From Moniliella sp. 'wahieum' (Eukaryota), in NCBI GenBank assembly GCA_003971905.1, contig RSEE01000055.1, positions 62,001-126,000 on the forward strand: a stretch of DNA of 64,000 bases, given 5' to 3'. The notes below the pieces were generated by a model, which saw only the letters and a program-made list of their open reading frames with translations, made no database searches and was not told where the DNA came from. The position numbers and the translations under genes are program-made. Below, one piece after another: positions 49,814 to 61,676 of this stretch (positions are counted from its first letter, which is position 1; every line of letters begins with the position of its first letter).

Positions 49814-51839
49814 ATGGCTCCCACCGCTGCTGCTGACCGCGCGGCCGACGCTGCCCACAGCGCGTCCTCTGGCCTGTTCAAGTGGGTCGAGGACAACAAG
49901 GGTGTTCTCATCGGCGCCGCTGTTGGTGTCAGCGCCGCCGGCCTGGGGTACTACCTCTTGTCGGCCAACCGCGGCGGCGCCCTGGCTCCGCTCTTGCTGC
50001 CGGCGACAAGTCCGCCCCCAAGAAGAAGCGCAACAAGAAAAAGTCCAAGGCTGCGCGCGACGCCGGCGACTCGCTCGCCCATCCGGACGGGCCCCTGGTC
50101 CAGGATGCAACCGATGACGACATCATGAAGCTGTCGCCAGAGGAAATTGCGCGGCTACCGACCGACGTAAGTCTCGACTCCCTAGCCTTGGTGCTGTTTG
50201 TGCTGTTGCGTGTGGCGCATTGTCTGACCCTAGTGCCGCGGGACAGGCTGCTTCCCTCGCTCGCCGCAAGGCCATCGCCGCCCAGCTGAAAACGGCCGGC
50301 AACCGGGCATACAAGGAAGGCCAGCTGGACAAGGCCATCTCCCTGTACAGCAAGGCGATCGCTGCGGAGCCCCAGTCGGTCTTCTACTGCAACCGTGCAG
50401 CCTGCTACACTAACCAGCACAAGTACCGCGAGGTGATTGCGGACACCAACGAAGCCCTCAAGCTCGACCCGACTTACATCAAGGCCCTCAACCGCCGTGC
50501 TGTAGCGGCCGACAAGCTCGGTGGCGATGGGGGCAGCGGCAAGTTGGACGACGAGAAGGTCGGATACCTGATCAGTGCAGCTCAGGGTATGCGCTCTCCC
50601 TTGCCTCTCCACTCTCTCTAACCCTTGGCCTGTTGACAAATACTAACGCCGTCCCTCTTCTCAGACTTTACTGCCGTTGCGATCCTGAGCAAGTTCTCCG
50701 ACGCCAACTCGACGACGTCAGTGGAGAAGGTGCTGGATCGGCTGGCGCGTGCGCGAGCGGCGGAGATTCTGCGTTCGCGCGAACCTCGACTGCCGTCGCC
50801 GACGTTTGTCACGGCGTATCTGGAGGCGTTCCGCAAGCGCCCGCCGCCGGCGCTACCTTCCTCCCCGTCTGAAGGCGACAAGGTGTTTGAGCAGGCAACG
50901 CGTGCGCTAGAGGACAAGGAATACGAAACGGCGCAAGAACTGTTCAACAAGTCGCTTGACCTCGGGCTCAGCACCGACGAGCTCAAGGCCCATGCGCTCA
51001 ACATGCGCGCCACATTCAAGTTCATCATGGGCAACGCTCCGAGCGCGATGGAGGACCTGGACGAGAGCACGACGATCAAGCCGGATTACGTGCAGAGCTG
51101 GGTCAAGAAGGCGAGTGCGCACATGGAGTTGTCGGACCGGGCGGATGCGTTTGCCGACTTTGACAAGGCGCTCGAGGCGGACCCGACCGACCCGGACATT
51201 TACTACCACCGTGGTCAGGTTCACTTTATCTTGCAAGAGTACAACGAGGCGCTGGCGGACTATGCCAAGTCGACCGAGCTGGACGACACGTTTATCTTTA
51301 GCCAGGTGCAACATGCTGTGGGCCAATACAAGTTGGGGCAGGTGGAAGCGTCCAATGCGGCCTTTGCCCAGATCCTGGCCAAGTTCCCCACTTCGTCCGA
51401 GGCGTACAACTACTATGGTGAGCTGCAACTGGACCAGCAGAAGTTTGAGCAGGCGCTGGCCAACTTTGACAAGGCCATTGCCATTGAATCGGCCAAGCCG
51501 AGCAAGGGGCGGAGTGTGCTGCCGATGATCAACAAGGCCCTCCTCCTGTTCCAGTGGAAGTCCGACCTCAAGGGCGCCGAGGAATTGTGCCGGCAAGCGT
51601 TGGAGATGGACCCCGACTGCGATGTAGCGGTGGCCACGCTTGCGCAGCTCAACATGCAACAGGGCAAGATTGATGAGTGCATCAAGTCCTTTGAACGTTC
51701 TGCCCAGATTGCCCGGACCGAACCCGAACTGATCAACGCGCTCACGTACGAGTATGCGTCGCGCTCCCAAGCCGCGTTTATCCGCAACTTCCCCGAGGAA
51801 GGCGCTAACCTCGCAGCGCTCGCGGCCGCGGCGCAGTAA
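49814..51839 (+). CDS. TOM70: Mitochondrial outer-membrane import receptor Tom70
   Basis: N-terminal TM anchor 'VLIGAAVGVSAAGLGYYL', TPRs 'LKTAGNRAY...YSKAI...VFYCNRAACY', 'RLPSPTFVTAYLEAFR', 'DPDIYYHRGQVHFIL'. Two introns. Confidence 0.96.
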
Positions 51840-52775
51840 CTTGCTCCACGTGTTCTCTTGCGTTGTACCCCAGAGACAGGAACAACGCTGACGGAAGGTA
51901 TCCGTTGCTGGTGCATGTGATTCTACTCCGTATCGCACAACAACTTTGCCGTTGTCATAGATGCTTCATTTCCTAGCCGGGGGACATCGGAACAAGGGAC
52001 TCAATAAACAGCATGCACAACTATGGAAGGCAACGGCATTCGCATTCCTAGCCGTGCCCAACGCCCCGAGAGTGAAAAGGAGAGATGCAGGGGGAGGGGG
52101 AGGACAAGATGAGCGTGTGTACTTGAGTAGTGAAGAAGGTAGCCTACGGTTCATACTGCATAATAAACCCCCCACAGGGTACGCGTACCATCGACGGGCT
52201 GTGGGCCAACAAGCGTTCCAATTGAGGGACACTTGTGTGGGATTGTTACACGGCAACAGACTCTGTATCAGGCGGAAAGGGGGGCCCGCAAAAGCCTATG
52301 CGTCCGCGGTAGAGGAGGAAAGTGTGCATGGGCACACAAGTAGTCTGAGTCTGATCTGCCATAAATGTAGTGTCTCTTGTCCTTTTGAGGACGATAGTGT
52401 AAAGTCCGTGTGGGGGGAGGGGAAGGAAGACTCCATATATACATGGGTTGGAAGACTTCGCGTGTCACTTGCGTCCGATGTGGAGGAGAACGAAGACGCG
52501 AGAATCCGTACACGGAGGCGCACTTGCTAGAATGATTTACCCCACCATCAGAACAGATGGGTCGCTTCGTCGTGGATATACGCTCATCGTGTTTACGCCG
52601 AGCGCCAAAAACGACCTGAACTTGTCGTGGCAAAAGGATAGAGCGAGAGTTGGATTGAATCAGCACGCTGCGTTTGAGCGTTGTATTGCACGATTCCCAC
52701 AAGTGACTGTAAGGTAGTAGAAGCGCCGCACGTGTATAGGTGAACAGGTGTCTCTGTCCGGAAGTGGGCTTGAAC

Positions 52776-53015
52776 TGATGAGACCTGGAGTCCGGATGGT
52801 CCTTTTGAGGGCGATGCAATCGCACTGGTAGTGGTGGTGGTCTAAGCCAACCAGCAACGCCTACAGAGGAACAGCAAACAGCGAGTCGCCACCAGGGGCT
52901 AAGCTGCGGAGCAAGGAAAAACAGGAGAGAAAAAACAACGGCACTCCCAGGCCTGAGGAGGAATTGAAGGGACATTGGCCAAAGCACGAGCCACCTGAGG
53001 CCTGATGGCTGAACA
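52776..53015 (-). mobile_element. Solo LTR of a copia-related family (copy 2)
   Basis: Colinear homologue of 2459-2682. Minus strand reads TGTTCAG...GGTCTCATCA. No recognisable TSD. Confidence 0.75.
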
Positions 53016-53107
53016 TAATATACACAAGGCATAGATATAGCTGTGTGTTGCGAGAGTATTATAATACGCCCCTGCTCGACTCAAAAGACGCAGCCGCTCC
53101 AGTGACT

Positions 53108-55649
53108 ATGACACCGTTTCATCCCACTGTAGCCCCCGCCCCCGAATCCTCCGTATATAACCCTCCTGCCATCCTCTCATCACCTCTTCTTGTGCCCACA
53201 CCACCACCATCACATCGCCAATGGAAGCGCACGCCTCCCACAACCGGCCCCCTGCCGCCCGCAGTCCGACGGCTCGTCTGACCCAATTCCTCTCTCGACG
53301 TTTCTTGCAGCCAAAAGCTCACAACCCAACAGCCCCCAACCCAACAGCCCCGACCCAACAGCCCCCCACCCAACAGCCCCCGACCCAACAGCACCCGACC
53401 CAACAGCCCCCAACCCTTCCACCAGGTGCTTTCCCCCGCCCTTCCAGCGCTGGGAATGGGCCCGTCTGCCGCATGAAGTTCTGCTGCAGATCATGGAAAC
53501 GGCTGCCGCCATCAGCAGGGACCTGTTGCTTCCTTGCCTCCTTGTATGCCGGGCGTGGAGTGCGGCCGCAGTCGTCCCGCTCTGGCATTCTCCTCGTTTC
53601 CCCATCCGCCTACCTTGGATCGCTTCACCTCCGTCTTGGCCCAGGCCCAGGCTCATTCCACATTTCACCCATACCCCATTTTGGTTCGCAACCTCGACCT
53701 TTCCATTCTGCCGGATGATTTCCCACCGCTCCGAACCGTGCACATGGATGGCTTTAAACTGTGCACGCGCATGCAATCGCTGGTACTCAGCGAAGGCGCG
53801 AGCGACTCGTTGACGGATATCCAAGTCGCCGGTCTGATCCTAGCCTACCCACGCCTCTGCCACGTGAGGTTCTTATGCATGGACAGTGTCGGTCCATCGA
53901 CGATGGAGGCCTTGACGTTGGTCCGTGGCTTGCAACTTCTTGAACTGAGTGGCTGTGCGCTCGTTACGAGCACCATGGTGGCGCAAGTAGCACTGAAGTG
54001 TCCGCTGCTCAGAGAGGTCCACCTGGGAGGCACACACAACACAATAGGCGACCAGGGGATTGGTGCCCTGGCCCGCCTCTCTCTTCACCTCGATCACGTC
54101 ACCCTAGAGAGCCTTCCCTTCATTACCGACCAGGCAGTGCGAGCGCTGTGGACGCACGCAGGATCCGTGCACACGCTGCGCATGTCGAATTGCAATACGT
54201 TGACCTCGTATGCGTTCCCCAACCGCGGCGACGTCCGCCTTCCATCGACAGACACAGAATGGCTCCTGCCTCCCACCGGCAACCCACAGGGTTTGGGTCG
54301 GCTCTTTCTCGAAGACAGCTTACCGCCTCCGCACAACTCATCCCAGTTGGACGACGACCGAGCTTCCCCCGAGACTACCGATCTACATCCTGCGTTAGCT
54401 CTGCGCCGCCACCAACTGTCCCAACCGCTCCTGATGGGCAAGTGCTTGACCAGGGTTTCCCTGACTGGCTGTAGCCAGCTCACCGATCCAGCGATTCAGG
54501 GTCTCGTTGCCGCAGCGCCCCATTTGCAACACGTAACGTTGGGCAGGTGTCCGCAGTTGGGCGATGGAGCGCTGGACGCGTTGGGCCAGTTGGGCCCAGG
54601 CTTGCAAGTTGTCATATTGGAAGATTTGAGCCACATTACGGATGGGGGTGGTGCGGCTGGCACAACAGTGCACAGGGCTGAAAGGGGTATCTTTGGTGAA
54701 TTGTCTGCTGAGTGACCGGTCGGTGTTTAACCTCGCTCGGCTGTGCCAGCTGCGCAGCATTGCGCTCTACCACATGCGGGGGTTGAGCACGAGGAGTGTG
54801 TATGCACTGGCGCTTTGTCAGTCACTGCAAGCGGTGCTTCTAGCCGGGTGGGAGCCGGCACTCACTCTGTCGCCCATCTTTCATCTCTTGATTACGCTCC
54901 CGCACTTGTATAGCTTCAAGCTCAACGTTTATAATGCGAGTCGAACGAACGATTCGCAGCACTTTTTCCAGCCCAACCCAGCCGACTCGCTTCCTCCGGA
55001 GGGGTGGGAGCCAGCGCTCTCGACCTCCGTTCACCGTCAGGGCATCGTCACACTCAAAGAGTACATGATCAATCGTCTTTACCCCCCCGGCACTGTCGAT
55101 GCTGTCCTGTCGCTCCCGCTGCTGGAGAGGGATGACTTTCTGGAACAAGCCCTGCTTCCCTCTCCGCCCCCCTCAGATTATTTCCAACATGATAGAAGCA
55201 CGATCGCCCGTCCCGACCCTATCTTTCTGGCGCCGCAAGCGGACAACGTCGACGATGATGTACACTCGTCGAGCCAATTGCGGCAACAACAGCAACAACA
55301 ACAACAACACGAATCATCGACATCACCCCCCTTCTTCTACCTTGCACCAACGGCTCAAGGCGCGACTGTCGCAACGGAACCGGCGCCGCCATCAATGACG
55401 CTGGACCGTGTTATGGGGTGCTCCAGTCATCTCCGGACAGCGAGCCCCGCATTTCGGAGACCTCTCATCGAAGCACACGCCAGCCCTGCGACACTTGCGA
55501 AAGAGTCTCGGCACGGGCATCTTGCTGCGGATACTTTCCGCGGACAGCCAGGAGGACGGGACTTACACGGTACGAAGCTTTTCGTATCTGGGTCGCCCGG
55601 TCTTGGTAGAACCGCCCACATCTATACTGCGCCCAAGATCGCAGTATAG
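53108..55649 (+). CDS. F-box/LRR protein, Grr1-like
   Basis: F-box 'RLPHEVLLQIM...CLLVCRAWSAAAVVPLW', 'PYPILVRNLDLS', cysteine-containing LRRs ('LELSGCALVT', 'VSLTGCSQLTDPAIQGLV', 'LGRCPQLGD'). No obvious intron. N-terminal 15-bp (PTAPD) repeats at about 53335-53415. Confidence 0.85.
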
Positions 55650-56718
55650 GCAGAACAGGCCGCCCTTTACCTATTACTACTGTAGATTCCCTCCTTCTGT
55701 TGATGTTGTTCTGATGTTACCGTATATATAAGCAGCCCTGTCTGAGGCTTGCTGGCGGTAACCCTCACCGCCCAACCCACGTCTTCCCCCGGCCGACTTC
55801 CCTCTTCACTCTTTACCCTTAATACGCTTACGAATTTACGATTAGGCGTCGCGCCGCTATCAACTACCAGCTTGTGGAGCGCAAACGCAGTTCTGGGTGG
55901 TGACAACTAAGGATACTCGTGCATGACGGCAGGGTCTTATAAAGCGCGATTACTCAATGCTGGGACAATCAATGTGTCTAATGTCCAGGTCGTCGTCGAG
56001 GATGGGTCGGCGCGGGCAGCAAGGCACATGCTGGGCAGCGCAGTGCGGTCGATCGGTGACCGTAGCGAGACGAGGCGAGGCAAGGCGGTCTCTCGTCAGC
56101 GCATCAGACGAGGCGAAAGAGATACCAGGCGCCACGGTGGAGCGGAGCAGGGTTCCAGCGAAGGCGGCTCTTGAAATGTTACAAAACGAGGTCTGCGGAG
56201 CTAAGCGCTAATCAGCCCCGGGGTTAAGCTTTAAGCTTTAAGTGTCCCATGTCACTGGGAGCGGTCCATCGCGTTATCCGAACTACGCCAGAGCACAAGC
56301 CTCAGCAGGGCAGTTGCCTAATAACATGTAACGAGAACAAAAGCGCAGCCTAGAAGCCGGCGTGTATGGTGGAAACATTCATATCAGCGCATTGCAATCG
56401 ACCATAGAGACGAGGCACATGCAAGCAAGTGGGAGAGGGGGATGAGAACGGGAACCGTTGCACGGGGGATCGATATCAAAGAGACGAGGGCCAGGGTACT
56501 GCGGGGGGACGGCGCCTCGTCTCCAGCTCAGGCGCACCAGCACATGCACGCCCTTCCAAGCAAAGTCAACATGGTAGGTGGATACGAAGAAGGAATGGGT
56601 GGGTCTCAAGCCAAGCCCCCCAAAGCCAGCAGTGGCGGCGGGGCACCAACGAACGACACGCTTCCGGCTTCCAACAAAGAGGCAAGCGCTACCCAACCAA
56701 CTTCAGCTTGGGCCGACC

Positions 56719-57745
56719 TTACGCCGTCGAGCCCTTCTTGAACGTTCCGACAATGTTGGCAAAGTAAGCCCCCTGCTTCTTCGCCACCACCTTCTCGTCC
56801 GGTTGGACCTGGCGCGATCCATCCGACTTGGACAGCGTCGAGGCGCCCACGGACTGCCACCAAGCACCACGTCCGTCTGAGAAATCTCTTCAAACTGGTA
56901 CCCAATCGGGACAAAGTTGATGCCGTGGTGCACGAGCCAGGGGATGGTAGTAACGATCGTCGTCTCCTGTCCGCCATGCTGGCCAGCAGTGGACGTAATC
57001 AGGCCGGCAAACTTGCCCACCAACGCACCGTCGCCCACAGTCCACCGGTCTGGTCAAAGAACGTGTCGACCTGAGCTGGGAAGCGGCCAAAGCGCGTTCC
57101 AGCACAAAGGTACCCGTCAAACTCTTTCAGCGCATCGGGCGTGATGGCGGGGTAGGGCTGCTGTTGATGCGCGTACATCTTGGCCAGCACCTCGGCCGGG
57201 AGCGTCTCGCCAAAGCTAAGATTTCACCGTCGCGCCCGTCGACTTGACGCCCTCGGCAGCAGCCTTGACAAGCTCGTCAATGTGGCCCCACAGCTAGATA
57301 TGCATGATTCAAATCCGGTTAGCACATCCAATATGTTACAACTGTGGTCGTTGGGACAGTATGGGGGCACGTACCGAGTGGCCAATGATGGCAATCTTTC
57401 AGGGTTCGTCCCGGTCTTGGTTGCAGCCGCCGACGTGTCAGCAGCCGCGCCGGTAGCACCAGCGCCAGTCGCCGCACCGGAAGTTGCAGCAGCCGGGGCG
57501 GCCGCAGGAGTCGCAGTAGCAGGAGCGGCAGCAGCAGGAGCGGCAGCAGCAGGAGCGGCAGCAGCGGCAGCAGGAGCAGCGGCAGCAGGAGCGGCAGGAG
57601 CGGCGGCAGGGGCAGCAGCAGGAGCGGCCGCGGGCAGCAGCAGCCTTGCTAGCAGGCGCCGAGGCGGAGGCTGACTTGGTGCCCGCCACGGAGCCAGAAG
57701 CGCTCTTGTCCTTTTTGCCGAACAGCTTCTGAAGAACTTGGACAT
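56719..57745 (-). CDS. Flavodoxin-like NAD(P)H:quinone oxidoreductase (WrbA/Pst2 family) with an Ala/Pro-rich N-terminal extension
   Basis: 'ETLPAEVLAKM', 'GTRFGRFPAQ...FFDQTGGLW', 'GKFAGLITSTAGQHGGQETT', 'HHGINFVPIGY', 'GGSPW', 'DGSRQ'. Confidence 0.92.
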
Positions 57746-58218
57746 GGTGGGCCGGAACGAGAGGCGGGGGAGTATTAGGTGGTGGTGGGACGGTGGAAGG
57801 ACGGAAGGGGTGGGGGATGTAAGTAGGGATTGGGGCGGGAAGGGTGGCGAGAGCAGCGTGTGCGACAAGCCGGGCCGGGAGAAAAGGCCCGTGTGCGCTT
57901 GGGGCGTTGGGGCTGGCACGGTGCATGGTCCGAGCACGGACAATCGTTAATCGATGAGCTAATGCGCTGGTTATACCCGGCGGGTCGGACCGTAGCTGCG
58001 TAGCGTCCGGGGGCCGGGGGTGGCGGCAGGGGGGCAGTGTGACAGCCGTCGGCGTCTGCGCTGCCGCTGTGCCTCGCCTGTCGATCCCTGCTGCAAACAC
58101 AGTTCGATGCGCCGCCACCGAGCCGCCCCGTGCCCAGCAGCGGGCGCACACTGCCGCCGTCCGTCACGTGCGAGGGCCGCCCGGCATGCAGGCGTGGCAT
58201 GGCACGGGAAGGCGTAAG

Positions 58219-58242
58219 TCACTAGTCATGCATCATGCATCA
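58219..58242. repeat. Composite heptamer array TCA-CTAG-TCA-TGCA-TCA-TGCA-TCA
   Basis: Read directly from the sequence. Confidence 0.9.
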
Positions 58243-59378
58243 TGCATGCACGCAGCACGGGGGCAGTTGGGTGCCGCCCAGGATGTCGGCCAGCGCCAAG
58301 GCGGGCCAAAGTACCAACCAAGCCCGGAGCCCGGTGGGTATGCGCAGTATCCACCCGTGCTGCGTGGGTGCGCTTAACTCCGACCCGGTCCGGCCAGGCA
58401 CAATGCACACCTGGCGGTGGCGGTCGGAAGCGGAACGGAGGGAGATGAGGCCTGAGGGTGCTGCCCCAAACCCTAACGCCCATACGACCTAAGAAGAAGC
58501 GCACCGCCCCTCCAATACCCACCCTCCATACAGCAAGCAATAGTTAATAGCTGCGTCCCCCTGCCCAAAGCGAAAAGATTGCAACCCACATGGCTCTATC
58601 TCACATCTCTCTCGCATCGCACTAGCTACTCCCTACACCCTCGCTGCCTGCTCCTGCTCGCCAACTCGTTTGCACCCACTGTTCACCTCGTGATTCCGGC
58701 CGGCTGAAACAGCGTGTGAATAGCCCACACCTCCGACCTTTCCACCGCGGCCCAGACCTCAGATGAGGCCTACCCCCCTGGTGACCGTGGAGAGTTTGCG
58801 CTCAGCCTACGGGCAGGGGTGCGAATCAAGGCGAACGTTGAACGTACTGATCGTTGATGCATGGCGGATGAAGCTTGAAGCGACAAGAGGAGAAAATCGA
58901 TTGCCAACTTGTCCTGTCCGTTTCCCAAGCGCATACAGAACTGTAACCCCACACGCCTAGACCGTGGAGCGATGGACACCTCTCTTCCACTCTGTAGCCT
59001 TGCCTTGCCTTATGCTGTACTACGGACCCAGGCGCGGCTAGGTATACTACGGAATGCCAGGCCGGACGCACGAGGTGCACTGCGCTGGCGACGCACTGGG
59101 CCCAAGATGAATGGAATGGTGCGCCCACGGCGTGAGGCGTGGGCCGCGTACAGGTTAGCGAGAACGCAAGGGAAAGTTCGAGGCGAGACAGTGGGGGTGG
59201 TAGGAAATAAGAAGCAAAGGGAGGGAGAGGAGCAAGGGAGGAGGGAGGAAGCAAGGGTGGGAGCCAGGAGAAGAAAAAAAAAGGGGAGATGCCACAGGTC
59301 ACCCTCGCCCCACCTCCCTCCTCTCCCCTCCCCTTTCCCTTTCTCTTTCTCTTTCCCCCTCCCTCTCCCAGCCCGACA

Positions 59379-60749
59379 CTACGAGTCGGAACCGATCGCA
59401 TCGGCAATATCGTGTTCCGAGTAAGCTGGGGGCGGGCCCGAGGGAACGGGGGGAGGCGGCGACCGGCACAGGGCGATGGGTAAGGCCACTTGCGCCCGCG
59501 GCGGTGCCCGACCCCGACCCCAACCCGGATCCAGATCCAGATCCCACCGCGGTGGCCAGGCCAGCGGCGCGGCCTTTTCCGAGGAGAGCACCGCGCCGGG
59601 CATGTCGAACCCTTCCTCGGCTTGCGGGGCAAAGCTGTCCTTTTCCGAGGGCGATCCGGGCCGGAGGAGGGAGGCGGTGATGGATTGGAGCGAGAAGGAT
59701 TGCGAGTCGGATTGGGCAGCGGGTGCAACTCGCCGGCGGCAAAGCGGTGTTGTCGTTTTTCCAAGTCGTGGGCCAGCATGGCTGCGCCGACACGGTTGGA
59801 AATGCTAAAGACGATGCCGACGAGCGGGATGCGCTCGAGGAGCGCACAGGCAAACCCGTACGACTTGAGCGACACCATGCGCTCCGTCAGGAACAGGTGG
59901 ACTTGCTGTGGCGTCATGCGTTTTTGGGCAAAGAAGGGGGTCAAGAGTTGTTGTGCGTAGGAGGCTGCACGGAAGTACGCCGACACGGCAAGCGATAGGA
60001 AAGGGATAAAGTCCAGGGGCAGGAGGACAACTGCGGTGGGTCCAGGAAGCAAGAAGGATTCGCCAGTCAGGGGCTATTCTGGGGTAAAAAAAGGGGGGGG
60101 GGGAGGAGCAGAGCAGAGCAGAGCAGAGCAGAGTAGAGCAGAGCAGAGCAGAGCAGAGCAGAGCAGAGCAGAGCAGAGCAGAGCAGGGGGACGTACAGCG
60201 AATGACAACGCGTTGGATCAGCTTGTTCTGCAAGCGCTGGGACAAGGGTTTCGTCGCAAACAACGTCTCGGCCTGAGCGTAGGGCGGGTCCTGCCATTCC
60301 TCCACATAGGGCATCCACCACTGCGTTGCGTATCCACGGGAGGAAACGGTGGCCGAGTAGGCCTGGGCGCGGAACTGGCGCAGTTTGCGACGCAGGACAA
60401 ACTCGATGATCGTCTGGCACTGGCCCAGCACAAAGATAAACGCAGCAAACGTCGTCAGGGACGGGAGGGGGAGCAAGTTGTGGTGGTCCTCGGCGTCTTC
60501 CGCCGCGCTGATGAAGAGCGAGTAGAGTCCACGCATGCCAGTGACTGGGCACTGCCCTTCATAAACACATCCACCAGCAGCCTCTGGATGGGCCAGGTGC
60601 ACTGCCCAGGCCATGGCGGCGATCGAGGCGCGGCGCAGCGACGGCTGCACCGACAGCCACATGGGCCGCCACAGGTTGGGGTCGTGCACCAGGCGGTAGG
60701 CGCCGACAACGGTGTACACGGGTGGGAAGGAGAGGAACTCCTGGGGCAT
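59379..60749 (-). CDS. EI24-like membrane protein
   Basis: '[20 protein letters not shown]', 'YFRAASYA...FFAQKRM...[38 protein letters not shown]'. One intron; 3' end approximate. Confidence 0.7.
60106..60186. repeat. (GAGCA)16 microsatellite at the 5' end of the EI24-like intron
   Basis: 16 units, one of them the variant GAGTA. The same motif (CTGCT)n occurs at about 23879-23902. Confidence 0.9.
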
Positions 60750-61676
60750 GGCGGAGACAGACGCGGGGCGCAGAGCAAAGGACGAGGAGAGACGCCAACA
60801 CCCAGCTGGCGGCGGAGAGGCAGGCGCCCTGGAAGCTGGCGCCTGGGGGGGATGGATGATTGAGCCAAAATTGCCAGGCTGCGCCTCAGCGCAGCCTCGT
60901 GGCCGCCGCCCCCTTCCACGTGTCCCATCACAGCCCCGTCACATGCCACACCCGTGCACCCGCCATTCCGCTGCGTCCACCATTCCGCTGCAGCGCCCCA
61001 CTCGGTTCTTGGCGCACTCCGGCAACCTGCCCCGATCCAACAGCGCCCGATATTCTGGACTACGCCCTCCGCACGCGGCGTGGGCATCGTATATCCTAGG
61101 ATGGAAAGAGAAGAACTAGCCACGCAGAACGCTCCCAGCTCGTCCCGTTTCTTGGAGTGACATTTGTCCCAACACAAACAAACCAAAACACGAACGAAAT
61201 CAACACAAAAAGCCCTGCAGTGAGTGGCCTTCTGTCATGCGTGTTTGCCAAGGAGAAAGTGGGTTATACCACCACGCAGTCCACAGCTACCGACGTGGCT
61301 TCACATTCCGCCGTTCGCACTTTTGCACTCCCCATACGCACACGCACACGTAGACTAGCCAGCACCCGCACCGCGCTCCACGCAGCCCACGCAAAGCCCA
61401 GGAACAGGCCAAACGAACGGAGGGTGTCATTGCCAAGCGAAGAGAGGGGAAGCGCGGGGGACTCAGAGAGGGGATTACAACTGATGGCGGGCACAGCTTG
61501 ATGGGTATGCGGGTCTCAAGGGAGAGGGAGAGGGAGAGGGAGAAGGAGGAGAAGGGGGGGGTAAACTCGGCGCGCACGGACCATCCGACCACCAGGGCGA
61601 GGACGAGGGCGAGGGCGACGGGAGGGAGAGAAGGGGGGCATTATACTTCTGCGACAAAAGGGTACAGGGACGGACA

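Noticed and set aside
52996..53005. Excision footprints of a single DNA transposon family with a TNA target (TSD + 2 bp of each TIR + TSD)
   Set aside because: One family would leave a fixed central tetramer. Here 14 different tetramers occur and they track the flanking dinucleotide.
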